DNA of 63,099 nt, the filler included, from Sluysia triapertura (Eukaryota), in NCBI GenBank assembly GCA_046118255.1. It is 5 parts of 5 records of this genome, joined end to end, with 100 filler letters (N's around TTAATTAATTAA, not from the genome) between each part and the next. Parts side by side here need not be neighbours in the genome. Positions count along the whole stretch, not along the records: positions 26,982 to 38,477 come from JBJNIA010184091.1; positions 38,578 to 50,111 come from JBJNIA010183624.1; 3 more parts are not named here. One strand, given 5' to 3'. The first letter of the stretch is position 1; each line of letters starts with the position of its first letter. This document shows, piece by piece, positions 27,401-39,348 of this stretch. The position numbers were made by a program, and so were the translations under genes. The notes beneath the pieces were generated by a model. The model searched no databases, had not been told where the DNA came from, and saw only the letters and a program-made list of their open reading frames with translations.

Positions 27401-29982
27401 TAGTTGATTTTTCTTTGAAGTTTATTCTATTATATTGTTCATTTCTTTCTTTGTATTTCATCTATTTCTACTAAAACATTTGTTTGATTATATTATAATT
27501 TACTTTTATTTATTTATTATTTTTCATTTATTTTCTAGTTGTTTTTTGTATTCTGTTTGCCTTTGTTAATATTCATTTCTTCATTTCCATTTTAATAGCG
27601 TTGCAGGTCTTTTCGTTTTTCAGATCAGACACTTGTTTGATTCATAATCTTTTAATTTGCTAATTAAATGTCTCTACGTTTCATTTTTATTTTCTTTTGT
27701 TTGTTTTATTTATTTTAGAACATTACGGTGTTTATTTTGTAGTTGTTAAGATATTTTTTGATTTTACATTAATTTTATCTTGAGTTATTGAGATTTTTCA
27801 ATGTATTTAGAAATTAGTTTTTAATTTTATTGTGATTAGACAAACAATAATGTTATATTATGATTATTGGAATGTTTTAGATTTGTTTAAAAATCATACT
27901 CTGATTTTGCTGTTATTTATAATCTCACCCATAAAATATCGTGTTGTCCAGTTTATTTAATGTATATCATTTTCATTTTTAAATAATTATTTTCCTAATA
28001 ATGTTAACCCCTTGCGCAGCTAATAAAAAAGAAAAATAACTTACAAAAAGTGACTAATTTTTTTACATATTTTAATTTATTAACTTATAATTGGATAATA
28101 GAAACCTCCAAACGTGGGTGTGTCGTGATAATTATTGTAGATCAACACGGTAAGCCGGTGAACCTAAAGGAATAGTCATTGTAGTTGAACAGCGGCAGCA
28201 TGTGAATGTATCGGGATAATTTTTTCCTAGCTTAACGTTATTTCAATTGATAAACTTATTTATTTAATGTTTACAAAAATAACTCATTCAAAACTATTCA
28301 ATATAAAGACACTCGTAAACTTTCACTAGAAAACAATGACAAGCCTTGCAACTTTCCGCTTTATACCAGTAAATAGATTCTATTTCATGAATTCTTCTAT
28401 CAACCACAACTTTAGAAATCCGAGGTAAAATAATCATATTTAATTTTAAGTACTCCACAGTACAGTCGATTATTTACAACAGATTTTTGTCTAGGCAAAC
28501 AAAAACACATGCAATTGTTTAAATATGAAAATAAATAAATAATTAAGAAAACAATCGATGTGCGAATACAAAGAGAATGAAATTAGCTGTAATTGTTGCT
28601 ATTACAGTAAATTTTAAAAAAATAATAGTTGACAAAATTAAATGATTCATTATAGAAGTCAAATAGCAGCAATAAAATAATTACAATCATTAATTCGAAT
28701 AAAGAATTAAACAAATTTCGAAAATATTTTGATTCAAATAGTAGATAGTCTTTTGTATTTACATTAAATAATTGTTTTTATTCGGGATATTATATAATTT
28801 TCAATTTGTATTTTCATCATTATCAACATTATTATTGTTGTTGAAAAAGTGTGTGTTCTATAATTAACTAATTGTAACTAACATTATAATTAACATTATT
28901 TATTTTGATTTTGTATATATTTGATATTGATTTTTAATATGTGTATAATTATTGATTTTCAACATTATTAATTTGGCTAGTTATTACTAATTTGATAGAA
29001 TTTTTTTGCATTTTTAATATCTTTTTTTAAAATGTAAGTATTTTATTATTTTGAAATATTTGATATCGTAAATTAAAAGAAAAAATTTAAACAATAAATT
29101 AATGTAAAAAATTAAATAATATTGTTTAAATTAAATAACTTTCAGAAATTTTGTTTACAATCGTTCAAGAACGATTAAAATCATTATAAATTGAATAGAA
29201 TTTCTACACAAAACAGAAAAAAATTTTCGGTTTCAAATCGCAAAAATTTGGTTTTATCATTCAAATTACCGTCGAAGTCCTGGAACGTTAATTCGGATTA
29301 AACAATATTTCTATTCTTTTATAAACTGTTCCGTTAGTTTATTTTCCGTAAGTTATTGATACATTTAATGCATTGTAAAATCTAGAAAATATTGTTATAA
29401 ATATATAGAACATTTTCGTGGTTCTTTCGTAAAATCATATTTTAAAATTTTTATTATATTATATTATATTAACTGAGATTAAGTTTATAACGAAATATAT
29501 TATTTTTATTAAACCATTGTAGTATTAATATGCTTTAATAAACTATGTGTCTTTTTAAATTTGATACTTGTTGATGGATACATTTATTATATCCAACGTA
29601 AAGTAAATATTTATAAAATTTTTAAAATACGTTGCATATAAGACTTTTCCGAAATTTACTCAGACTCGTAAAATCAAATAAATTATAAATCCTTTAACAG
29701 GATCAATTGTAAATTCACAATTAACTTTGAAAACTATAGTCTGAGCAAGTTATATAAAGAAGTTAACATAAAGTTTTTTGAATAATTGAATTACATTGTT
29801 TACAGTCACCGACAATTAAAGGAAAATTTCTTAATTGATTTTTACAAGTAATTTTGTTAGATTGACCTCCAATAGTTGTTCTTTTATTAAAATCCAACGG
29901 CTAGCCCTAATCAGTAAGTTTAGTACGTTGGTGAACTCACTGTAGTTAATTTTTTATTCTGTAAGTTAAGAAAAAATACCAA

Positions 29983-29983
<1 letters not shown>

Positions 29984-30031
<48 letters not shown>

Positions 30032-30048
30032 GTTGTTGTTGTTGTTGT
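29984..30048. repeat. Compound (ATT)n(GTT)n microsatellite
   Basis: Direct. Confidence 0.95.
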
Positions 30049-30121
30049 CGTTATCAACAATATCATTATTGACATTATTTCAGAAAAATAAATTTACTAC
30101 ACAGTAACTCTTTGACCTACC

Positions 30122-30171
30122 CTCATGAAATATGAATTTGCTACAGTAGCTGCCAATTCATATTTCATGAG
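30122..30171. repeat. Palindrome with perfect 17-bp arms (CTCATGAAATATGAATT / AATTCATATTTCATGAG)
   Basis: Direct; the inner GCTAC-A-GTAGC is also self-complementary. Confidence 0.92.
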
Positions 30172-31679
30172 ATTAATATATTGATTATAAAACTTTAATA
30201 TTATATGAGTTTCTCAAATTGGTAAAATTTGCTTATTACATTACATGTATATTATGGCTTTTATTGTGAAAGGCCACATTTTTGAATACCTTAAATTTAA
30301 AAGTGACGTAAAAATTGGAGAAAAATGCATATAATAATAATAATAATTGAAATTTTGTTCTCGATTTAGAGTATCAGAGATTGTGTCTATCGGATGTACG
30401 TCAATTTTAATACAAGACGATTAAGTTTTAGATCAACAAAACATTTCAAATGTACCAGTTTTCATTCTAAATATCGATTATCTAGTCACATATTTGAGAT
30501 TGCATAGTTTATCATTTATTAATGAATATAGAAATTTACTTACTAATACTGCTTACAATTATCAGTATTAAAATTAGAAATACTTTTTACGATCGCCAAT
30601 TACATGAATTAAACAATGAGCTAGATATTAAATTTCAAGATGTTTTCACATTTTTATGTCGATTAGCAAGAACTCAGAAGTATATTGTCGCTTATGGTGG
30701 CTGCAAGACCGTATTTTTTATATTTAAATGTGCATTAATTTGATTCTCCCAGTTTTACAACATTTTAGGGAGTTTGAAATGTCATTTTTGTGTAAATTTA
30801 ACCATGTTTTCAATATGGATTTTATTTGTGATTATATTTATTTTTTCCTTGTAAGGGAATATCACTTCCTCTTCAAATCCACGTATGAAATATTAGGCCT
30901 ACAATAAATCCTAAAGTAATTTTAAGTTTATTCATGGATGAATTAAATTGGTCATAAGAATTGAAATAAACATTAACCATTCTATTAGACCATTCAATTT
31001 CATATCACGGAAAAAGGACCAATAGATTTCGTCACAAACATATTACTAAAATTAAATTATCTGGCAACTTTCAATTAATTATTATTAATAAGAATTAATG
31101 ATTATTTTATTTTATACCAAACGTATGCCAAGATATGTAAGTTCAAATCAAATAACGTAAATGTTTATAACATTATTTATAACAGTGATAGTCTTGTAAG
31201 TTTTTCAAGTCACATAAGTGAAATAGCTTTACGATCTTTTGAATACATTAGGTTTATCTTCGAATAACACGATTTAATAAAGCTGTTGTTTATTATCATG
31301 TCACATTTAATATTTTTCTAAGGGTACTACTTCTGATGGTATCGGTGTTATATGATCCAATATTCCGACACTAAAAAATTTCAATTGATAAACTTATTTG
31401 TTTAAGGTTACAAAAATGCCTCAATGTGTGTCTCTGATTTCAGAATATTCTATAATTTTTAAAACTGCGCAGAAATGATTATTTTGTATATATTTCATAT
31501 ACAATGTATATTAAAAAATAAGATTAATGTTTTTAGTTTTTATTAAAGATGAGGCGGTTAAACTGATGAAGCAATTAATTATCTTATTTGACGGATATTT
31601 TATTATACATTTATCAAATATTTAATTATTTATTTTTCCATTTAGTTGATATTTAATCAAGGTATTTCTAATAAATAAC

Positions 31680-32439
31680 CTTATCTAAAGGTCGGAACGG
31701 ATTTGGATTAGAGGAAAGCCCACCGGTGATACTGAATCCTAATCCATGTTCTCGGTAAATAGTAACTATTAATTGTGTGTAACTATTCATAAGTGGCATA
31801 GAAGTATGAGCTAGTAATGGTGACATTGAAGAATCATCAATAAAACTTGGACTGATAGAATTGAGTCCAGGATGGTTTGGATGGTCGATGATGACTGGAG
31901 GTGTTCTAGTAGGTGGGGGTGGGATTATCATATTAGGAGGATTGTTGTGACTAACGATATCTGTAGATATAGCAGGATTGTGATTGGATAAAGGAGCAGC
32001 AGGTAAGGGACGAGATGGAGGTGGTGGTGGATGTCTTGACGGAGGAGGTGGAAGAGTGACTACATCTGTATTGTTTGGCGCAACATTAGAAATTCCGCCA
32101 GCTACAGAAATGGATCCAGCGTTTGATATATTGATATTACTTATGGATGTATTAGATGCCGGTGGCACATATGTACGAATTCTTCTCGATGGTGGCAATT
32201 CTCTGGCACGCATAACACGTAACTGATCATAAGGATTGCGATAATGTGCTCCTGCGGTTGAATTGCCAGATCCAGGTCCAGCGTGGTGAGAAGCACTTTG
32301 TACAGAACGATGAACCCGATGTGGTCCTGCACCTCCAAGTTTCCGAGCAGTCATAGGACCAGTATCCGTACTATAACCACTCTGTCGTACTCCTCCAACT
32401 AACATTCCGGGTACAGGAGTGGGAGCAGCACTTCCAGTA
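31680..32439 (-). CDS. Erbin/Densin-like (LAP-type) PDZ protein, Pro-rich exon ending in the first half of the PDZ domain
   Basis: Acceptor ttacag|32439, donor aag31680|gttatt, phase 2/0. LIVTIYREHGLGFSITGGLSSNPNPFRPLDK resembles Erbin/LRRC7 [31 protein letters not shown]. Confidence 0.88.
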
Positions 32440-32975
32440 CTGTAACAATAAATCAAAACTTTATATTATCGCGATTTTTTAGATTATTAAAACAAGGAAA
32501 CAAACTTTTTCTTATTGACATAATTAATACTTTAAGTACTATGAGTACTTGCCCAGCTTCAGCAAAATAAGCTCATTTTGGCCAATTGGCGAATAAATCT
32601 AATCAGAGAAGTAAATTTATCATGATTTATTGACGCGTCTATAGACAGTTACTTCTAATTATGCTGCATTGAGGGTTAATGTTGTCCACATGTAGTTCAT
32701 CAGTGAACTAACAAATTCTATATTAATTTTGACTTAAGGCAATCAATTTTTATCCATAGTAACATGAACACTCAAGTTGTTTAATCGTATCTTTCATCAT
32801 TATTCCGAATGATGTTCAATTAGCTGTGTAGAACTAGAACGAGTACCATAATTAACCTCTGACGGGCCTTGTACAAGATATTAAATTCGAGTCCCACTTT
32901 AGCATCAAAAATATAATTATATGTGCAACGAACAGTACATATAAAGTATACAATGAAACGAAAAAGTATATAAAA

Positions 32976-33298
32976 CAAGGGTGACTAAACTGCGGCTCTT
33001 TGAAGGATCATTTGTGGTTCTCGATAAATGTAGCCGAGTTACCTTTTCATTTTTTTGTTATTACATTTAAAAAATTATTGTTGTTCCGTATGTGTTTCAA
33101 ATATGACAACAAATATGAAAGACTAAGTGCAACGCTGTAACAAATTTCGTTTCTGTACATATTAATAATGATGTGACTCATGGAAAAATTTTTTTAATAC
33201 CTTTTTGCATACTTTTTAATACGTATTTAATTGCGGCTCGCGGAAAATTTCAAAATTTGAAAAATGACTCGGACTATCAAGGAGCATGACCAACCCTG
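32976..33298. mobile_element. Non-autonomous hAT (Charlie/Buster-type) element
   Basis: Ends CAAGGGTGACTAAACTGCGGCTC ... CATGACCAACCCTG resemble CAGGGGTGGCCAA-type TIRs with subterminal TGCGGCTC motifs; 8-bp TSD not well conserved. Confidence 0.6.
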
Positions 33299-33875
33299 TT
33301 ACAGCAAATTCATAGATTAGAAAACATTTATATGAATTTCGGCAGGAACACATGTATTCATTCGTCGCCTCTCAAAGGACCCTCAGGCTTGGGCCATGAG
33401 CGGGTGCATCTACCTAGTTACGGCTCAGCCTTGAATAATCGTATTTTAAATGCTTTGATATTTCTGTTACTTATGATATATCACATATCTGACATTGGAA
33501 TTTATCATAGTTTATCATAAACGCTTTTCCTCTCCAACAAATATAAAATAGACACATTTTATCACACTTCAAAAAATAAATATTAAAATTTCCAATAACT
33601 GAAAAACATATCCGAATTAAAAAGTAGATGAGAAGCGAATAATAAATGAAATTTTGATTGTTTATGGAATGCTTACACAGAACTTTATTCACTGCTTTAT
33701 ACATTAGACTAAATTAATACTTTACATATATTTGATGGTTCTCTGCTTACATATAGTAGTTTACAAATAACAAGCAAATTATGAACACTTTCGGATGATT
33801 CATTCACAATTATGTCGAATATTTATTAAATGCATAATATATTAAACTGTATAATATGAAAACAATTTCTCTTAC

Positions 33876-34167
33876 ATGTAATTAGGTGTTTGTTGCTGTG
33901 ATCTTCCAGCTCCAACTTGATAAGGATACAATTGTTGTTGTTGTTGTTGTTGCGTTTGTTGTGGTATGGGTTCTTCTCGAATTTGGTCCATTGTAATTGG
34001 ATAATTATGCCTTCCTCTGGTTGATGGATATTGCTGTATCATTTGTCGTTGATTGTATCTCATTATAGCTGCAGAATCTGATTCATAACCACTATGACTA
34101 GGTAATGTTGCTGAATTATTATAGAATTGATGTTGAAATTGTTGTAAGAATTGACCACTATTTTGAG
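33876..34167 (-). CDS. Same PDZ gene, Q-rich internal exon
   Basis: attcag|34167 ... at33876|gtaaga, phase 1/2, compatible with both neighbours; QNSGQFLQQ...SGYESDSAAIMRYNQ...QQQTPNY. Confidence 0.85.
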
Positions 34168-34171
34168 CTGA

Positions 34172-34173
<2 letters not shown>

Positions 34174-34222
<49 letters not shown>
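34174..34222. repeat. (AAT)n microsatellite abutting a minus-strand splice acceptor
   Basis: Direct. Confidence 0.95.
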
Positions 34223-34224
<2 letters not shown>

Positions 34225-34499
34225 TATAATATTATTATTATACATTGTGTATAATTAATAAATTTATTAATACTATCTAATTTCCATATTAAGAATTAAA
34301 TATTCAAGTTTATAATTTATTTTTTGTTTTATTTATTTATAATTTATTTATTATTCCCTTGGACACCGATACAATTTAAATTATTTAATCTCTAAAACAT
34401 TAATGAAAGTCTGCAGCACATATGTATGCTTGTTTTCTATTAAAAGACTATTTTTATGGATGTTACTATATTAAGGTCATTATCTGATTATATCCATAC

Positions 34500-34900
34500 C
34501 TAAATATATTTATAAATATCCCATTGTGTTCTTCAATTGTATGTTTTTCATTTTCAATATTTATTGCGGTTTTTTCTTTATAATACATTTCGCTTCAATT
34601 ATGCAATTATCTTTAATATTTTTGGAATCGTATTTTTCACAGGGTTTGAATTCTTTCGAAATTATTAAAATAAATGCGATTTATTTCGAAGTTATTATAT
34701 ACATTGTTTTCTACCTTTTATGTAATGGTGTGAATTTTTGCTTCTTTACAAATGAAACATTTAGCGTGATTACTTTTGCTTGTTTTAGAAAAGCGTGACC
34801 ACTGTCGAAACACATTCCAAAATAGGTCTTGATATTGATTTAGTCTGCTTTTTCCATTGATTTTATTGAATTAATTTCTACTAGTATTATTTGGACATAC
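34500..34900 (-). mobile_element. Possible LINE (CR1/L2-like) ORF2 3' relic
   Basis: SISRPILECVSTV resembles SLVRPILEYASTVW; the rest is degraded. Confidence 0.33.
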
Positions 34901-36051
34901 GCTCATACTTTAATACATCATTTTATTTTTACATATTAAATATTATTAACACTTATTCCTTAATAATAATCAAATATAATTATCCTAAACAACACAAAAA
35001 TATAAACTATTTTAATAAAATCCCTCAAAAAATAATATTCTTTTTAATTATAAAATAAATACAAAAATTACTCACTAATTCCTTACTACTTACTTACATT
35101 ACTAATTATTGTTATTGTTGTGTTGTAAAATTTATTGGTATTTATTTTTATATTTTCTTATCATCCAATCATTCTCAAATTTGTGACTAAACATTCTCTC
35201 AAACAAATCGCTGCATCATTCTTTGAGATTAATCCGATAATAATAATTAAATATTTATCTTTTATTATCACGCACTTTACTAAATTGTCGATTATTTAAT
35301 GTGATTTGAATTCATGCATTATAGAGAAATTCATTTGATATTAACTGAGTATTATTCTCAACGACATCATTCGTATATAAATAGATGGTGTTATTCGCAT
35401 AAAAATTGAGTAATTCGATACTACGAGTAATTCGGATTTACGAGCACTTTAAAGACTGATTACTTATCTATTTTTCTGTTTGAACCGTAAGTTTATTGTT
35501 AATAAGTTTTCCTTGCTAGCCTTGAGCTACGTATAAAATAATTTTTATATCAAATATATTCAATATTAGTCGAGACTTATATTATAAATTATCAACCATT
35601 TGTTTATATTGTGTTTCGATTTATGTTTACTTCATGATTATTTATATATTATCAGTCCAATATCACAGACTTTTGTAAATTGTCTTATGAACTAATTGGT
35701 ATATTTTTATATTAAAGTCTTTTGCTTCATATATTTTATTTGGGTTAATTTATTTTTGTGATAAAGAAAAGAGAGAAAATGGAATTTAAATTTGTAATCG
35801 TTATAACCTAATAAAATTGAGAATTAAGACGTTAAGTTCCTAGAATCGAACTTTTTACTAAGCCCGTAAATGAGTCGAAGGCAATTACACAATAATTAAA
35901 TATATATTCCCGCATATACCCAAAAGGTTAGACTCTTCCAAGTGTCCTTCCAAGAGAACTTCAGCCACTCACTATATGCGAGCCTATACTTAGTTATTTT
36001 TGCATATTGTATCATATAATATAACATATCACATAATAGTGTGTAATAAAC

Positions 36052-36146
36052 CTGAGTTACGATATTGATTATTCATAAAGACTGGCGGACCTGGTTGTAC
36101 AAAAATACCACCATTAGTCCATATCATTTGCCTCTGAAACAAATCA

Positions 36147-36177
<31 letters not shown>

Positions 36178-36418
36178 TATGAACTTGCTGGGGGCTCGTT
36201 GGTAGATGAGATACACCATTAGGAATCGACATTGGGTGATGCTGTGTCCTTGCTGCAGAATATTGATGAGAGTAAGCACTGGAGACAGTTACTGGTACGC
36301 TTGTAGAAACTGAATTGCTGTTGCCACTGTGATGATAGTGTTTAGGAGTAAGAGTGTGCTTTGCATTTATTTGCTTAGCAGGTGCATCTTTAGGTAATTT
36401 ACTTTTACAATTGGATAA
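36052..36418 (-). CDS. Same PDZ gene, Q/H/S-rich internal exon
   Basis: ttacag|36418 LSNCKSK...QYRNS g36052|gtttat, phase 0/1. Confidence 0.82.
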
Positions 36419-36949
36419 CTGTAATATATAAAATAGTAATTTATTAAAATGTAGATTTCTTGAATATAAAAATTCAAAATACATAGAAAAATATGTTTCC
36501 AAAATAATCTTACATTAAACTGTCAAATAGCAAAATAAATGATATAACATAAATATTAATCCATTAGCGTATAATGGCTCATTAATGTACTAATTTTTTA
36601 ATTAGGGCATCTAGTTTCAAACTTTGTTTATAAAAATTATAAAGAAAATCAAAATAAACATTCGTTCAAATAGTAATACTGTAACTTCCGATTTAATAGA
36701 TCCATGAAAATTGGAATTAATGGAAAACAAACATTAATATTTATTTCGTTAATTAAATTCAATAAAGAATGACAGATAATTAGTATTACTTGCTCCAAAA
36801 ATATTTCGTACTTTTGAAATACAATTAAATAGGATTTGCACTGTTTATCTTCTTTCGAATTTTCAAAAGTAGAAATTATTTGATCTCTTCTTTTTGTATG
36901 TATATTAATTAGTGAGCACCTCAACTTATTGAAATAAAAAATTTTAAAA

Positions 36950-37400
36950 ATTATATAAGTCCAAATATTTAAAAAACCTTATAAGGTCCATCTACGCGAA
37001 CTTGCATTTACTTTATACTTATGAGCCATTTGATTGTCAATTCCTAACTTGGTTTTTCAATAAGACTTAACAATTTCTGCAATTCTCTCCGAAGGAATAC
37101 TTTCTATTTGGACTTGAATGCCACGAGAACAATATTATGAGATTTGCACAGTATTTTTTCGAAGCGAGCCAGTGTTATACTCTTTATGGTAATTCTTCTT
37201 TATTACTTTGTCCTAGCTAATGATTTATTAGCAAAAATAAAAAAGATCCACAAGTATCTTTTCTTGTAATGTTTCTATTCGACGTCTTACGACGATTACC
37301 AAAACTGTAATCCCAAAAACTGCTAATTTTCACTCAGCAAATAAAGTTACCAATCTTTTGCATTTTAGAAACTGAACTGAAAAAGACACCGAATAAACAA
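36950..37400 (-). mobile_element. Degenerate piggyBac transposase fragment
   Basis: IAEIVKSY*KTKLGIDNQMAHKYKVNASSRRWTL resembles PETVKFYNxTKxGVDxxDQMARKYxVKxxSRRWP; upstream NRNIT motif. Confidence 0.8.
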
Positions 37401-38477
37401 ATGGGCAACAAATGAATGTGATGTATTTCCAATATTACAAAATTGCATGAAAACTTTAAAATATGATTAATGAAAATAGAATTAATTTTTGTGTAAAATC
37501 AGTTGTCACCTTGATAACATGTTAGGTGTATCATTGAAATTCAAATCTACTTTGTTGTCAGTTAGTATATATATAATTATATTTTGAATAAAATCATATT
37601 GCACTTACTTTACAATATCTAAGAAACTTAAAATGCATACAGAACACTTAAATATAAGTAGAGAAGCCAGAAACTAATAAAAATGCGAGAGAAAACAGGA
37701 ATCCTTCACACTTAATTAGCTTCAAAAACGATCATTAATGAAACGCAGATACCAATGAAACATGAAAAATTCGCTAAAAAATGAATACTGGTAGATCCAA
37801 ACAAATATTAACTAGAAAAGCGGATACAAATGAATAAAGCACATTGTTAAAATTATAATGCACAGTGCAAATAATAGAAAAACGAACTGTACAACCATAA
37901 TATAAGATCAATACTGAAGTAAAATATTGATTAAAATATTAAAGTGAAGATCTTGTGTAATGAAAATTGAATAGTTAATGACCATAATTCATGAACGAGG
38001 ACAAGTAGTATATAAATGATAGAATTTGGTAATATTATTATGAAATTCTGAATTTATATTTTGGTTTCTAAGAATTTGAATTTGTTTTAATATAAATTCA
38101 TTCATTTAACATTCATTTTTAGATTTGTGCTAGATGATAATCTTGAGTAATATGATTTAATTTAGAGTATGTTATTATATTTGTAAGAAATGGATAAAGA
38201 TGTGAGCCCATACTACAAACATAGCATTTCCATCTCAAAACAAAGCGAGACAAGTAAAACATTTAGAACTTTGTTGTAAACTGAAATAAGGAAAATCATG
38301 ATAGTTAAAGATCATATTTCAATAAAACTACAAATCATAATGATACGTAAATTAAGTAGGGCTGGGACTTTGAATAATTAAACTCTCACTGAATGATTTA
38401 ATAATAATGTAATATCCAGTTAAATAATACAATAGAAACAAGAATGAAATTACAACGTAACGTTATCAATTTCGATG

Positions 38478-38577
38478 NNNNNNNNNNNNNNNNNNNNNNN
38501 NNNNNNNNNNNNNNNNNNNNNTTAATTAATTAANNNNNNNNNNNNNNNNNNNNNNNNNNNNNNNNNNNNNNNNNNNN
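38478..38577. other. Artificial contig linker 44N-TTAATTAATTAA-44N
   Basis: Identical to the other linkers. Confidence 0.98.
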
Positions 38578-39162
38578 TTATCTAAACATAAAAAGTATTT
38601 AGTTACCGATATTCATAAACAAGTCAAAATTCATTTGGATGCTTTAGAAGAAGCATATTTTAATCAATATTAATATCATTAAATGGTTGATTTTGCACAA
38701 GCAATTGAAAATGAAACGAACTCGAAATTCAGAATCGAAATAATTTTATGAATTAAGCCAAAACTATCAAATTTTTATGACTATCAATAAGTTATTCAAT
38801 TCGTTAGAAAATCTTCAAAATATTAGTCACATTTATGATATAAGAATTAAGAAATTGAAGAATTAGTTAAATAAAATCATTTGTTTTAAATTAATTTATT
38901 CAATAGTTTATTTTTATCTAATAAAAATTTATTTTTAGTACTATTTTAATATTATTGTTAGAATCTTGTTTTATTATTTTTATCAGATATTTATTATTAT
39001 GATTATTATTATTATTAATGATTATTATTATTATTATTGCAGTTATTATTGTTAGTACTATATAGTACTATTTTTAGAAAATTGAAGTTAGTTCACAAAA
39101 TATTCAGTTAAAAAAATTATTCAAAGTGTATTTTTAGTGACAAATTTTTCAAAAACTGTCCA

Positions 39163-39348
39163 GCCAAAGATTTAGTTAGAATTAGGAATTATGTCAAGAT
39201 GTCTATTTTGATGAAAGCAGATATTCAGGGTGTTTCTTTAGAAATACAGATGACAGATACAAACGACGACGTATTTGGAGAAGGAGGTGACGAAGAAGAA
39301 TCTGAAAAATTGATAAATCAGATTTTAGATGAATCGGGTGTTGAAATG
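39163..39348 (+). pseudogene. CHMP2A: CHMP2A/Vps2 (ESCRT-III) fragment with an internal ~50-aa deletion
   Basis: AKDLVRIRNYVKMSILMKADIQGVSLEIQ versus AKDLVRTRRYVRKFVLMRANIQAVSLKIQ, joined at CAG|ATG (39249/39250) to MTDTNDDVFGEGGDEEESEKLINQILDESG versus MNDAIDDAMGDEEDEEESDAVVSQVLDELG. Confidence 0.88.

Noticed and set aside
28130-28170. GSPAYRVDLQ on the minus strand as a PDZ exon
   Set aside because: Ends in a stop and lacks the GIFV and GD.I..VNG motifs.
31395-31425. GIFVT on the minus strand as the continuation of the PDZ domain
   Set aside because: Splice phase is incompatible, a stop follows three codons later, and it lies in a dispersed repeat.
31984-32338. Overlapping ORFs 31984-32226 (+) and 32141-32338 (-)
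   Set aside because: Shadow frames of the GC-richer Pro-rich exon.
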